The notes under the pieces were generated by a model that saw only the letters and a program-made list of their open reading frames with translations, was not told where the DNA came from and searched no databases. A DNA stretch of 61,304 nucleotides, the filler included, from Asterionella formosa (Eukaryota): the NCBI GenBank assembly GCA_002256025.1. It is 4 parts of 4 records of this genome, joined end to end, with 100 filler letters (N's around TTAATTAATTAA, not from the genome) between each part and the next. Parts side by side here need not be neighbours in the genome. Positions count along the whole stretch, not along the records: positions 1 to 15,283 come from NKIB01005517.1; positions 15,384 to 30,641 come from NKIB01005526.1; 2 more parts are not named here. One strand, 5' to 3'. The position numbers and the translations under genes are program-made. Each line of letters starts with the position of its first letter. Position 1 is the stretch's first letter. Below are positions 12,679 to 24,987 of this stretch, piece by piece.

Positions 12679-15283
12679 ATGACCGTTCCACTGGAAGAAT
12701 CCTTGTCGTTTTCTATTTTAAGTACAGCTCGGAATGAAACTCTCTTCATCAGCGCCGTTCGGCCGGTGGGATCTGCTTTGAACCACGTGGTTGCACCTCG
12801 CGAGACGACTGGCCTAGCCTACGTCGTGACTCGAGGAAACGAGCTGTCTTGTGTCGAAATATCAGTATCCAACGCAATCACGATAAAACAGACCGTGGCT
12901 GTGAGAGAAGCAATTGCACATTTGGCCTGCAACGCCGATGGACGAATTGTCGCGGTGGCATGCACAGATGGAAGCCTGCACTGTTACGATGTCACAACAA
13001 CGAGTGGATTCCGCAAACGATGGACAATGGAAAATGTCCATAGTCACGTGGTGAGCAACATCGCGGACAGTTGTTCGGAAAGCCGGGATTACGCTGCAGG
13101 AGGAGCGGGACCAATTAGGTCGCTGGGATTTTCGAAAACAAACCACTTGCTCGTGGCCGATAGTAAGCTGTGCACAATCAGGGTGTATGATGCAGCGTCT
13201 ATTGCACCTACTGACACTGCGACAAGTTTGAAAGGCATTAAAGTCAGTTCAGCGTCTTGGTCTCCAGACGGAGCAGCCATTGTCGTTGGAGATGTGGATG
13301 GATCCTTACACCTATACAGTTTCGTATTGGGAGAGTTTACTCGTCAGACTGTGCTTCCGTGTCCCATTGAAGAAGACATGGGCTATTCTTGCACGCACCT
13401 GCATTGGTGCTTACCTAAAGATTTATGTGTTGGATTTTGTAAGACAACAGAGGAGGATGAACAAGACGCTGATGATGATGACGATGCAGCCAACCATCAG
13501 GCAAATTTGTTCATGGTGACCCTGAATGATTTTTCTGCAGTTAACTGGACTGAACTGGGAGACGTGGTTCCATTTTTCTCTGTGCCAAAGTACGGCCGAC
13601 ATGCATTCTACAGCTGCTATATGGTTGCCAAAGACAAAACCTCGATACTCTTGGTAGCAGCCAATGTTGGAAGTGACGTTAGGGTCGTGACGAAGGAAGG
13701 AAATGGGGATTGGCAACTCTCGGAGCTCCAAGAAGGATCGAACGCGATGACACCAACAGATGATGATGATGAGTATGCATACCCACTTGGCATGGCTGCA
13801 TTGCAAGTAAATGAAAAGCAGCAAGGGCTATTGCTGGCGTCCACTGATGGGACCCTTACTTTGTTTGATATTTGCAACAACAACAACGATAATTTCTTTG
13901 CATCATCAAATTCAGGCCCCATTGGATTGAATGGAGTTGGAAATACAACAGTATCGATCAGCGCAGCAACAGTTAACCTCGATCCTGCAATGCTTGAAAC
14001 TTGTGAACCATTCAAAAGTGAAACCAAGCTCGTTTTTGGTGCACCTACTGCCACAAATCCATTTGGAGTTGGCGCAACACCTGCATTTGGATCCACCGTA
14101 AACCCTTTTGGAACCACCGAGAATAAGCCAGTCTTTGGTGCTAAAGCCACCCCAAACCTTTTTGCGAGCAATATCATCGTGCCTGCATTCGGTGGAATTA
14201 CTGGCAGTGTTCAGTTTGGAGAATCATCCGCCCTCGGATCCTCATCTGCGGTTCCAGTAACTGCAAATATGGGCTTTCAATTTGGAACCACATCTAGCTT
14301 TGGAAGCTTAGGAACATCTGCAGTACCAGCTCTCGGTATAAGCGGCCTTCCATTTGGAAACTCATCGACCGGTAGATTACATTCTACAGATCCAGCCCCT
14401 GCTACGGGCACCATTCAGTTTGGAGCCCCATCCACCTTAGGGATCTCTTCTGCGGTTCCATCCTCTGTTTCTCAAGAGAAGCCCAATATATTCGGGCAAG
14501 GTTCGTCCTTTGGATCAGGCAAAAATGCGCCGATCTTCGGTTCAGCTGCGTCGTTTGGAACATCAGGATTTGGGAATATTTCTTCTAATCCAGCCACGAT
14601 CGGTTTCGAAGCACCTGTATTATCATCCCGCTTTGACACATTTTCTCATTCGGCTTCGGGTCCTGCTAACCGACAATTGTCCTCAATGACTCAACCTCTT
14701 TTTGGTAAAAGAGACGAACCAAAAGCGAAAGATATACAAACACCGACGGCAACCTCAATCACATCAACAATTGCACCTAGCAATACTATGCGTGAATACA
14801 TCAATGATCCAATAAATCCACATCGAGATCGTCTTGTTGCTCTGTTTCAAAAGTACAACAGTGATAAACTCTCGGATGTTGATCTTCTCCTTGAAAAGTA
14901 TAAGGGCAATGAAGATGTACTGTTTATAAAAATTGAAAACAAATATAAGTCGCCAAATAAGATTGCGCCAAGTGAGAACCCCAAAAAGGAAAAATTAGTT
15001 GAGCTTTTCCAAAAATATAACAGTACCAAGCTCAATGATGTCGACTACCTTCTTGAAAAATACAAAGGACGTGAAGATATTTTGATCACAAAAATCCTCG
15101 ACAAGTATGCCAAGTCAACAAATCAATTCCATGAATATTCTGATTCAAATCTTGTTTATCAAGAACGACTGATTCGTCTCTTCCAACAGCACAATCCAGA
15201 AAAACTCGGTGATGTTGACATGCTCCTTGAGAAGTACAAGGGGCGTGAGGATATTCTCTTCAAAAAGATTGAAGATAAGTATG
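12679..15283 (+). CDS. Nup214/Nup159-like nucleoporin (beta-propeller + FG repeats + three ~42-aa helical repeats); 3' end lost at the scaffold end
   Basis: WD40-like blades (SASWSPDGAAIVVGDVDGSLHLY) and many xFG motifs (NPFG, PAFG, FQFG, SFG) at ~14030-14710. The frame stays open into the Ns at 15284. Confidence 0.75.
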
Positions 15284-15383
15284 NNNNNNNNNNNNNNNNN
15301 NNNNNNNNNNNNNNNNNNNNNNNNNNNTTAATTAATTAANNNNNNNNNNNNNNNNNNNNNNNNNNNNNNNNNNNNNNNNNNNN
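15284..15383. other. Artificial scaffold-joining linker (44 N + TTAATTAATTAA + 44 N)
   Basis: The 12-mer at 15328-15339 gives stops in all six frames. The same layout occurs at 30642-30741 and 45981-46080. Confidence 0.95.
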
Positions 15384-15589
15384 GATTCCTCGCAATAAAA
15401 GTCGTCGTCGAATGATAAGGAACTAATGACACTCATCGTTCCATCATCCTTTCCGTCGTCGCCATCCATCGCTGTCCTCTTTGTTGTGCTCTTGTTTGGC
15501 ACAACAATCGTAATGGTTTCCACCGTGCCTTCTTGTTGTTGAGGAAGGATCAACGACCTTGGCCGAGCGTGAGAGGTTAAATTAATCAA
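15384..15589 (-). CDS. Possible N-terminal fragment of an acidic low-complexity protein, cut by the scaffold end
   Basis: Open frame ...MDGDDGKDDGTMSVISSLSFDDDFYCEE running into the gap. No recognisable domain; true start uncertain. Confidence 0.3.
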
Positions 15590-16425
15590 TGGAGGGATTA
15601 AAATAGAAAGGTATAACGAGACTATATAACTATCCTGCCGGCAGTCCGGGTAAGGTAAGTAAAACTCGATCAGATTCGTTGTTCTCCGCTAACAATCAAA
15701 TAGATATAACGATAGCTTTTTTGAGCCACGGCGTAGTTGCCTATAAATGATTTTGCGATTTCATTTTATTTTTACTATTATTACCGTTTAGTTGGACTAA
15801 GCTCACTGATTGGTTTTGCTCATATTGTTAGGTTTGTCATACCATTACCAAAGTCTTTTTTTCTTTGTTTGCACATGTATTATTTCCATGCTTTTTAAGA
15901 TAGTCGGTACTGAATACAATTTTGTAGCCTCGAATACATCTACCGGTACCGGAACCAGATAGTCTAACTGGTACTTTTATTCATGGTAGATACCTTGTCC
16001 TCCCTTGTACCAACACATGGTAAAGGAATGAATTTACCATCTGGTTGTGCTTGTCGCGTAATTTGGACTGCTCCAGTATCACATACTACGTATTCATACC
16101 TGCTGCTGGTTGATAGTCCCAAGCGATGACATACTCCTAAGTAGGAGTTGCGGGAAAGTCCGAATATTGCAAATATTTGTCCGAACATGCCGACCGGGTT
16201 CGGTATGTACCGGTAATCAAACAATGTAACCTTACATAAAATAAATACAGTATGCATATATTAGTATACCCGAAGTTAATTTTGTTTTACAACATTGTTG
16301 TGTGTAATTCTTACCGTCATATGCCTTGTATCGGTAGTGCGGAAGTGGATGCATACTACGTAGTTTGTACGGTTTCAAGATGAATATGGATACAGGTACC
16401 TCCAAGTTGCGGTCAATTTGCTTAA

Positions 16426-17613
16426 GGTTGCGGCCCTCGGCTTAACCCTAGTTTGGAGAAACCGTCGCTAGGGTTGTAAAAACGGCATGGAACAGGGAGT
16501 TTGCTGCTATGAGTTCCCATGATTCGAGTGTCCATTTGAATATTTGAATTAAATAGGAGTCGGCGCCAGATAGACAGATTTCCATTTTAAACAAACAAAA
16601 ATGATATGTAAACGATTGTCCTATGTCCACGTTGCTGTATGTAGACATAATTTTGCTCAACGCCTAAACACATATTTAAATCAGGTGTATGCCTAAATGA
16701 ACACTCATGATATTTTTTATCCGTTTATATTGAATCGTTGTTGCGGAATATAGATTTAATATTACTCTACCCCCAAAAGGCATATTACTCTGCACACTCA
16801 AAGGCACATACACGCATATAAACCAATACCGGAGTAACGGTGTACCAGGGTGGGTACCTGCTACTAGTGGTACATAATCTTGGTTAATTACGATGAATGA
16901 TGAAACTACCGGTAGTACTTATTTTACCTACCAGGTGCTGGTACAGTACATCTAATACATGTGGTTCAAGTATGGCTGGCGAAATTTTACAAGACTGGGA
17001 TACTCCACCCGATCTGGAGCAGGTGAGTAAATTCAATTCAACCAATCAGTATATGTGTAGTGACGCGGGAACTCACCCTGGAGTCTTTTCGGACAGGAAT
17101 TTTTCAGCAAAACAACATACATACGCAAGACTCTAAGTCTACGAGAATTTTTTGCATGTACTAATTCCGATTCCAATATTTTGGCGACTGTTGAAAAAGC
17201 CGATCGGGTCGACTTTTTGGAAGAGGCTTGCCCTACATCTACGGGGTTTCATGACGATTAAAATAGATTGCCGTGTACCCTATAACGTCAGGAGTTAACT
17301 TCTGTAGAGAAGTGGCAGTTATGTGTCGTAGATTCTTTGAAAAGCTTCGTAGCCCCTTTTTTGACTATTTTTGCGGTAGTTACGAATCTATGATTGAAAA
17401 CTGCCACTTCTCTACAGAAATGGGGTCCATACCATATCTGTATATAGATCATACCCCTAAGTCGAGCAATGACAGTATCCAAGCATACCGGTGTGCAAAG
17501 TGGTCGTAATGGTGAAAGCTAATTTTACCATTAACTATTATATTTACTTGTACGTGATGTGTGGATTGAGGTACATCATAAAAATCGCAATTTGTAACTG
17601 CGGGGCCGCAACC
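16426..17613 (+). mobile_element. Non-autonomous TIR DNA transposon flanked by TTAA (Kolobok-like), ~1.19 kb
   Basis: Left end TTAA|GGTTGCGGCCC (TTAA at 16422-16425); right end GGGCCGCAACC|TTAA (TTAA at 17614-17617). Internal 21-bp inverted repeat at 17300-17320 / 17399-17419. The interior ~16955-17227 is homologous to ~33260-33545. Confidence 0.7.
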
Positions 17614-18804
17614 TTAAATAAACAATTTAATTGCGGAAGATGGATATTCTCACGTTACCAGGTACTGGTACTCTCTTGGGCTGGCATCGCCTTTTCTTAC
17701 AAGAATAAAAATTTTCGTCCAATAGAATTAATTTAGTAAAATTAATTGGGGCTACCTGGTATGAGGTCATTATTATGCTTTCGAATAAACCACTGGTAAT
17801 ATGCGTCAGAAGCATTTGGTGATGATGCAAGCACAAAAAGCATATGGTATCAAGCTTAATGGGTAAAGTAATACGAAAAGAATTTCTGTAGCATAAACGT
17901 AGTAAAAATGATCACGGTTTGGGAGGAAAATATTACCATGTACAGATAGAAAAATATGCACTGTAAGCCACCGCTATGCAACAATCTTAATGACATTGAA
18001 AAAATTAGATCTTCATGGCTCTTTTCACTGAATCAAAATTGATTACTTAGTCGTTGAGTAGAGCGCATCATCTAACATGCTCTTCGTACTTGCATCAGGT
18101 TTCGATTGATAAATTACTTAAATATTTTCAGTCGGAAGATGGAGTAAAAGAACGGTGGCTTACAGTTTTTAACTGGTACTCCGGGGTGTCACTGTACACC
18201 CTCGAATATATAGATCACTATCCCTACTGGTATCTCAAAACCAGCCAAACCACGCACTAAAACATGGTATATGCATATGATTGTTAAATTCTTCTGCAGT
18301 CTGACTGCAATGCTAGCTTTTTCTAGACAAGCTCAGTGTACTAAAACCTTCTGTTCTAATCCCACCTTATTGTGAGCTTATTTGATCTATCTTGTAATCC
18401 TTCATTCAACCAACTATTGAGGTTCTCTTCCAAATTTTTTAAATAGATATTCATTGTGCTGTTAGACATTCAACTCTCAACTGACAACTCAACTACAGTT
18501 ACTTAGTAGATGAGAAAACTTGAGCGACAGTATTCTCGGAGAGGGTACAACATTTCAAGATGCAACAAATTCCTCTACATCAATTTTGTAGTGAGTTGGA
18601 TGTACACACTAATTGTCGTGGTCCACATTTCTATGGAATCTTGATAAGGTCATTTGACAGTTTACTGTCGTAGATATACTTTCTGCCATTCAACAATACA
18701 CTGCTTGTTCTTTATGCGAATAAAAACTTCGCATCGTGGAAATGATCATGAACTATCCTGGCTGACGGTTTATGCATTTTCCGACACTTTTATGCAAAAA
18801 ATGT

Positions 18805-21800
18805 GTTCTTTCCGAACCCATTGCCATAGAGGACACAACCTTCAGAGTCTACTTCCATAACATCAAGGGGCTACATCTCCAAAGGACCTCATCAGACCTC
18901 ATGTTTAATCTAGAATCAATGCGCGATATAGAAGCAAGCGTGTTTGGTTGGGCAGAAACAAACACCAACTGGAATCAAGAGGACGCACTGGCAGAATACA
19001 GGGACAAAGCCTCCCAAGAACAAGACAGTGTTCTCCTCTAGCAAAGTGCCATCTGCCTCAAAGTACAAACCAGGAGGAACTGCAATGACTCTGACAGGCA
19101 AATGGTGTCAGAGGGCCGAGCCGGGTGCAGGAAAAGATCCCTCAGGCATGGGCAGGTGGAGTTACATGGTATTGGAGGGCAAAACTGGTAAGGAACTATT
19201 AGTAATAACTGTATATAGAGTATCTCAAGTCTCAATGCCCCAACTTTGGGAAGGCACCACATATCATCAGGAGCACATGATCATGTCAAAAACAGGGTAC
19301 ATCAACCCAAATCCAAGGAAGCAGTTTATTCTAGACATGATTAAGTTCATTCAAGATCACCAGGGCAGAGAAAGAGAAATTTTACTTATGCTCAATGCAA
19401 ACGAGGAGGTTGGTAAAAAATCACAAGGTATAACAGCTCTAGTCCAGGAATGTTTGCTCAATGACATTTTAGCAACATACCATCCTGACAAACAAAAACC
19501 AGTAACATTCGACAGAGGTTCAAAGACAATCGACTACATATTAGGAAGCCAAAGGTGCAAGGAAACAATCCTGAGGGCAGGAGCGCTACCATTTTACCAC
19601 CAAATACAGGCGGACCACAGAGCGATATATGCGGACTTTGATGGGGAACAGCTCTTTGGTGGGAACCAGTCCTCAATCGTCTTGGCAAAACATAGAACCT
19701 TCACATCCAACAATCCAGCAGAGGTTGCGAAATATTTACAGGCAGTCAAAAAGTACTGGCGACTCCATATCTGAAAGGATAGAGAAACTACATGAGAACA
19801 TTAAAGACAAGGAAATCCAGGAAGTGCAGCAGGATTGGGAAAGCCTGGATGAGGAGATCGGCAGGTTCATGAAGATAGGAAAAAAGGCGCTCAAGAAACA
19901 ACCGTCTGGAAGATACTCCTGGTCCAAAACTCTACATCGTGCAGCATACACTCGACAATACTGGAAAAAGAGACCAAAGCTCCACAAATATGGCACAGAA
20001 GAAACAGAAGCCCTAGATACAATTAAGGAAATCGCGGGAATAAAATACGAGGACATGGGAAGAGGAGCATCTTTACTAGAAAAACTAGAGCAGTGGTCGA
20101 AGGAAAGCAAACAAAACGTCAAGGTTATTCAACGCGATTCGATATTTTTCAGAACAACTGAACTAAGAGAGGAAATATAAAAACTGAAAGGACAAACATC
20201 ATCAAAGGCTAAGAAGGAGATGAGGAGACTCCAGTCACTCCTATATTCAGAGCAACGAAAAAATGGATATAACCGACTGAAAAGCAGCATCTTCAATCCC
20301 AGCAAGGCAGCAGGAGCGCTCCTCACAAAGCAAAGTACTGCTTCCAGTCAGGGAAGGTCCTGAAAATAATAATATCACATGGAAAACAGAATTTGAAGCA
20401 GGCAGACTAGAAACAGCGCTTTTGGAACACTGCCACAGCCAATACAGAAGAGCCTCAGAAACTCAGTTTGGTCATGGACCGATTCAGGATCTCATAGGTT
20501 TTCATGGACTCACTCAGGCAGCAGACAAAATTCTGAGAGGAACTTTATTTGAGAACAACTACATCAGGCAGACACATTTGTTGATGATAAATCCCTGGGT
20601 TTCACTGGGCCCACAGGACAAGATCCCATGGACCTCTCCTATATGATAACCACAGTTACAAAATGTGCTCAACTGTGGGAGGACACTGCTGTTTGCCTTT
20701 CCGGAGGCGCCCTAGAACTTTCAAAGTGCTACTACCAGCTGATCCACTGGTACTGGGACTCCATGGGATTTCCGCAAATGCCTAGCTTGCGACCCATGGA
20801 CTCATTAGACACCGGATTCTATGAAACAACTCCAGGAACCTATTCAGCACTGGAATTGAGCTCGGGCCGAGAAGCTACCAAGACAAGAATCAAGCAAAGA
20901 GCAGCAAATCTCAGCAATAAATCACTAGGCATTTCGACAAGTCCGTCAGGGCAGTGGAAAGACGAGGACGAGAGACTGAAAATCAAAAGCAACACACATG
21001 CAGTCCTCACAATGTTGCACCAACTTCAAAGGCAGGATGCACACCAAGCCCATAGAATCATATGGGCACCTCAGATGACATATTCACTACCCATCACTGG
21101 TATGACGGGCAAACAACTCGAAGGTATTCAAAAAATGCCCGCAGAGCGAGCCTAGCTAAAATGGGTTTCAATCAAAATTTCCCAAAGGCTTCAGTGCATG
21201 GCCCCAAGGAGAGAGGAGCTCTAAGCATGGTAGACCTCACAGTGGAGCAGGGTATCCATGCAGTGGAAGGCTTCCTGTACCATAAATATGCTGATGATGA
21301 GGTGGCCAAACTGATGGACATTTCGCTTAGAATAGCACAACTGGAATCAGGACAAGAAGAACATCTCCTATTACATCCGGAGATTCAAATTCCATATCTC
21401 ACAAAATCATGGGTCACAGACATGAGGAATTTCATGGAAAAACACAATCTACAAATAGAAACTAGCAATCAGTGGTCGCCCCACAGCCACCTCATGTCAG
21501 AATGACGAAATGATAATGACAGCACTCATCAAAAAAGGAGTGAGCAAATACAAGCAATACCACATAAACGCGTGAAGAATGTACCTACAAGTATCAACAA
21601 TTTCAGATATTTCGACAGCAGATGGCTGGAATGGAAATCAGGCCTGAAATAATGCACTGCAGACGTGTGGCACACCGACACTCAAGATGGGAATGGCCAA
21701 GACAAGCTGAACCTACTGCAATGCAGAAGAAAGACTGGGTCGAGGCCCTCGGCAAACATCTCCTCACGCAGGGTTCAAAACAATTGCTGCAATTGAAAAC

Positions 21801-23960
21801 AAGGCTAGGAAAATGGCACACAAAACCATCAATGGAATGGGACTCAAACATTCACACACAAACGAAGACACTGTGGAAATACTCAAGAGACACAGGGGTC
21901 TGGCTCACTCACAGGGACATCTCACACCAACCCACTAGAATGAAATTTGACATCAGTAGTATAGGAAGCGATCAGAGGCAAGGAAGCCCACCGACAGATA
22001 GGCTTCCCTGCGATGTCCTCCAGACCGGGAGAATACAATTCAGGCTAAGGGAATGCGCTGCACCACTTCTAGCTCCAACAAAGCAAATATACGAGGTCAT
22101 CATCAAAGAATTACCCTTCCATCATTTTCGTCTACTGGAACATCTTCACTTTGCAAAGTCAGGAAAAGCTCTCGGCTACTCCGTCATTTAAAATTGGGCC
22201 TATCGATCAAAATAGCAACAGACGTCTCCATGCAAGGGGACAGGAGATGCTCTTTTGGCTGGTGCATTCGACTATCCAGGACATGCGACACTATACAGGA
22301 AACTATAGCGATATGCTCAGGCCCAGTGGATGGAGAGAGGAAACTATAGCGATATGCTCAGGCCCAGTGGATGGAGACATAAAAGCAAACAGCTCCACGC
22401 GCGCTGAATTGTTTGGGATTGCATCAAGTTTACTGTTTCTGACTATAACAATAAAAGCTCACAAAATCGACACGCAATCAGAGGTGCAAATATGGAGTGA
22501 TAGCGCAGCCTCCCTTGCAAGACTACACTTTCTATCATGGACAAAGCATCCCAGGCGTCCACTGGCCAATGCAGATATAGTGTCATCTATTGCTGATCTC
22601 ATCAGGGAACTACCCGTCCAAACGACAATCAGATAGATTAAAGCTCACCAGGAAAATGACAGCAACAGGATACTCACATCTGAAGCGGCAATGAATGTGA
22701 AAGCAGACGATCTAGCTACATCATTCCTGAAAAATCACAAAACAGAGGAGGATGGCGGGCCCCTTGCAAACTCAGCCCACTTTCAGGCCATGCATGCAAG
22801 TCTGATCAAGAACGGCACAAGAGTTCACAGCAGAGCAAGTTCGTCACTAAGAACTACCATACAAACAAACAGGTACAATGATGCCTACTTTCAAAACAAA
22901 CTCAGACTATCAACACAAAACATGATGAGCATCGATTGGGATAACCTCAAAAGCGCATATCTGAAACAAGACCACAAAACACAGGCCTTCATAGCAAAAT
23001 TTATTAATGGATGGCTTCCATGTGGAGCGAACGAGAAGGAAGATGATCGAACAGGGCAAGGATGAGTGCCCATACTGCGGCTTTCCAGAACAAAACGAAC
23101 ATATGCTACTATGCCAGAACACACAGGCAGTCTACCACCAGGGAGGTCGAGTCACAGCCATGACGACACAACTGCGTCGACATCAGGGGGGACAGGCAAC
23201 AACTACATTCTGGATTGGACTACTGAAGCACATCATGCAGGCAAAGCAGGGACAGTACATACCAAAATTCCCTCCAAACACGCCAAACTTTACAAAAACA
23301 ATACTTCGTCATGAGGCGGTGGAACACCAACTGGAACTGGGCGCCAAGCTCACTCTCCGGGGATATCTGAGCAGGAAATGGACAAGCGCATTCTGGACCT
23401 CCACAGGACAAAACCTTACAACAGAACAACATGGACACAAATGAACCAAAACGGCAATATCGCAACTCTGGAAAGTCACCCATAGCACCTGGACAGCAAG
23501 GAATGAGGAAGTTCACAGAGAAAAACACGAAGATATCAGCCAATCCGCAAAAAATGAAAGGATCAGGAGAATATACATGCTCGAAGGTTAAATATGCACC
23601 CAAGATAAGCACATTTTTGGTACAGAGCTAGAAACCCTGCTGAAATCGAGAATGAGCAAAAAACGCAGGTTCTTGGAAAGAGCAGACTTCCTAGTGGCTG
23701 CATCGAGAACTTTCGCGGCAACAGGCCAAACAACACTAAGAACATATTTCCTCTAAACAACATGCATCCCCAGGGCCAAACAACCGCAGAACGCTCCAGA
23801 CGCACACAGAAGAAGAGCCCAGAACACAACCAAGTGAAAATATCCAGGTTACAGACCCGAGCATCCACCAAGCGGTATCTCTAAACCAGGAACAGACCAT
23901 AGAAGACCCAAATTTTTTTACAAGACTCCTACACAAGGTAGTAGTGACCACCAACACTCA
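18805..23960 (+). mobile_element. Degenerate non-LTR retrotransposon (Ambal-like LINE): AP endonuclease, partial RT, RNase H, CCHC knuckle
   Basis: APE motifs FHNIKG, AETNTNW, DPSGMGRWS, SKTIDYILG and ADHRAIYAD. RT catalytic ADTFVDD at 20568-20588 is in frame with AQLWE..SGGALELSKC. RNase H motifs IATD..., STRAELFG, IWSDS and NVKADDLA. Knuckle CPYC..EHMLLC at ~23066-23115. Many stops and frameshifts; A-rich sense strand. Ends are approximate. Confidence 0.88.
22297..22377 (+). repeat. 41-nt tandem duplication that frameshifts the LINE RNase H
   Basis: AGGAAACTATAGCGATATGCTCAGGCCCAGTGGATGGAGA occurs at 22297 and 22338 (40 identical nt, period 41). Confidence 0.95.
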
Positions 23961-24987
23961 CCACCCACCGCCCCAATCTGAATGGGCCATGGAGCGCAAT
24001 AAATACAATCCTGTAGCTAGGCTAGTACTAATGCGCTATAAAAATTATTGAATAATATATCCAGCATTTACTTACACTAGTATATTGTCCACTTCTCCTC
24101 CTCTTCTCCACTGTCATCTTTGTGCCACTTGTGTTTGAATTGTAGGCATTTATAGCAATTAGAAAATTCATAGATTTTTTCTACCCTTAAATGTTGATTA
24201 TACACATATATATACTAGAAATGCTTGCTTCTGTTTGTCAATCAAAATTGATAGAAATAGTTGATTGTTCATGTGGCTAAAACTTTTTCGCATTCAGAAA
24301 ACTCGTCAGCAAGTGAATTCATTTAAAAAAAATCAATTTTCAATCCCTAAATTACTGATACCCATAATTTTGCAAATCCAGGCAGGTAAATGCTTTGGTG
24401 GGTATAGTACACTTGCATCCTTATTTCCATAAAAAGATGTCGTTCCAAGGCAGCTATCATAGCTACGTTTCTGGTGGTGGCCTCTCGCTCTTCTCCAATC
24501 TGTTAGGATATTTTATTATTGCTGGCTATTTGTTTCTACTTAATTGCTACTGGTATTTTAACTAAATTGCTTGGGATTGTTGGAGTTTCCTGATCCTCTT
24601 GGTGACAATCTTATGTACCACCTCCATTTCGTTTTTCAACAACTCATTCTTTCCAGGAGTAACTCCTTCTTCTTCGTCCTCTTCCTTATTCTTTCTCATT
24701 TTCGTAATTGTATAGCCTGGCTGATCTGTTCTTGGCCTGCATGGTAGCCCTCAGTTGCATTCACTTCTGTTGTGGTGATGATACTGGCAGCCTTCCTCTA
24801 TTTTGCACCAGTGTTTAATCAAGACATGAACTTTCCTGGCTGCAGACATTGTAACCACTACCCTAACATCTTTATATACTCTAGGGGTGTATTGCAGTTG
24901 TAATAAAATGCATGCATGAAAGAAATTACTAAATAACCCAACTCCTCTTGTGTCCTTCTTCCTCCACTTGATTACTTAAGTTCTAAC

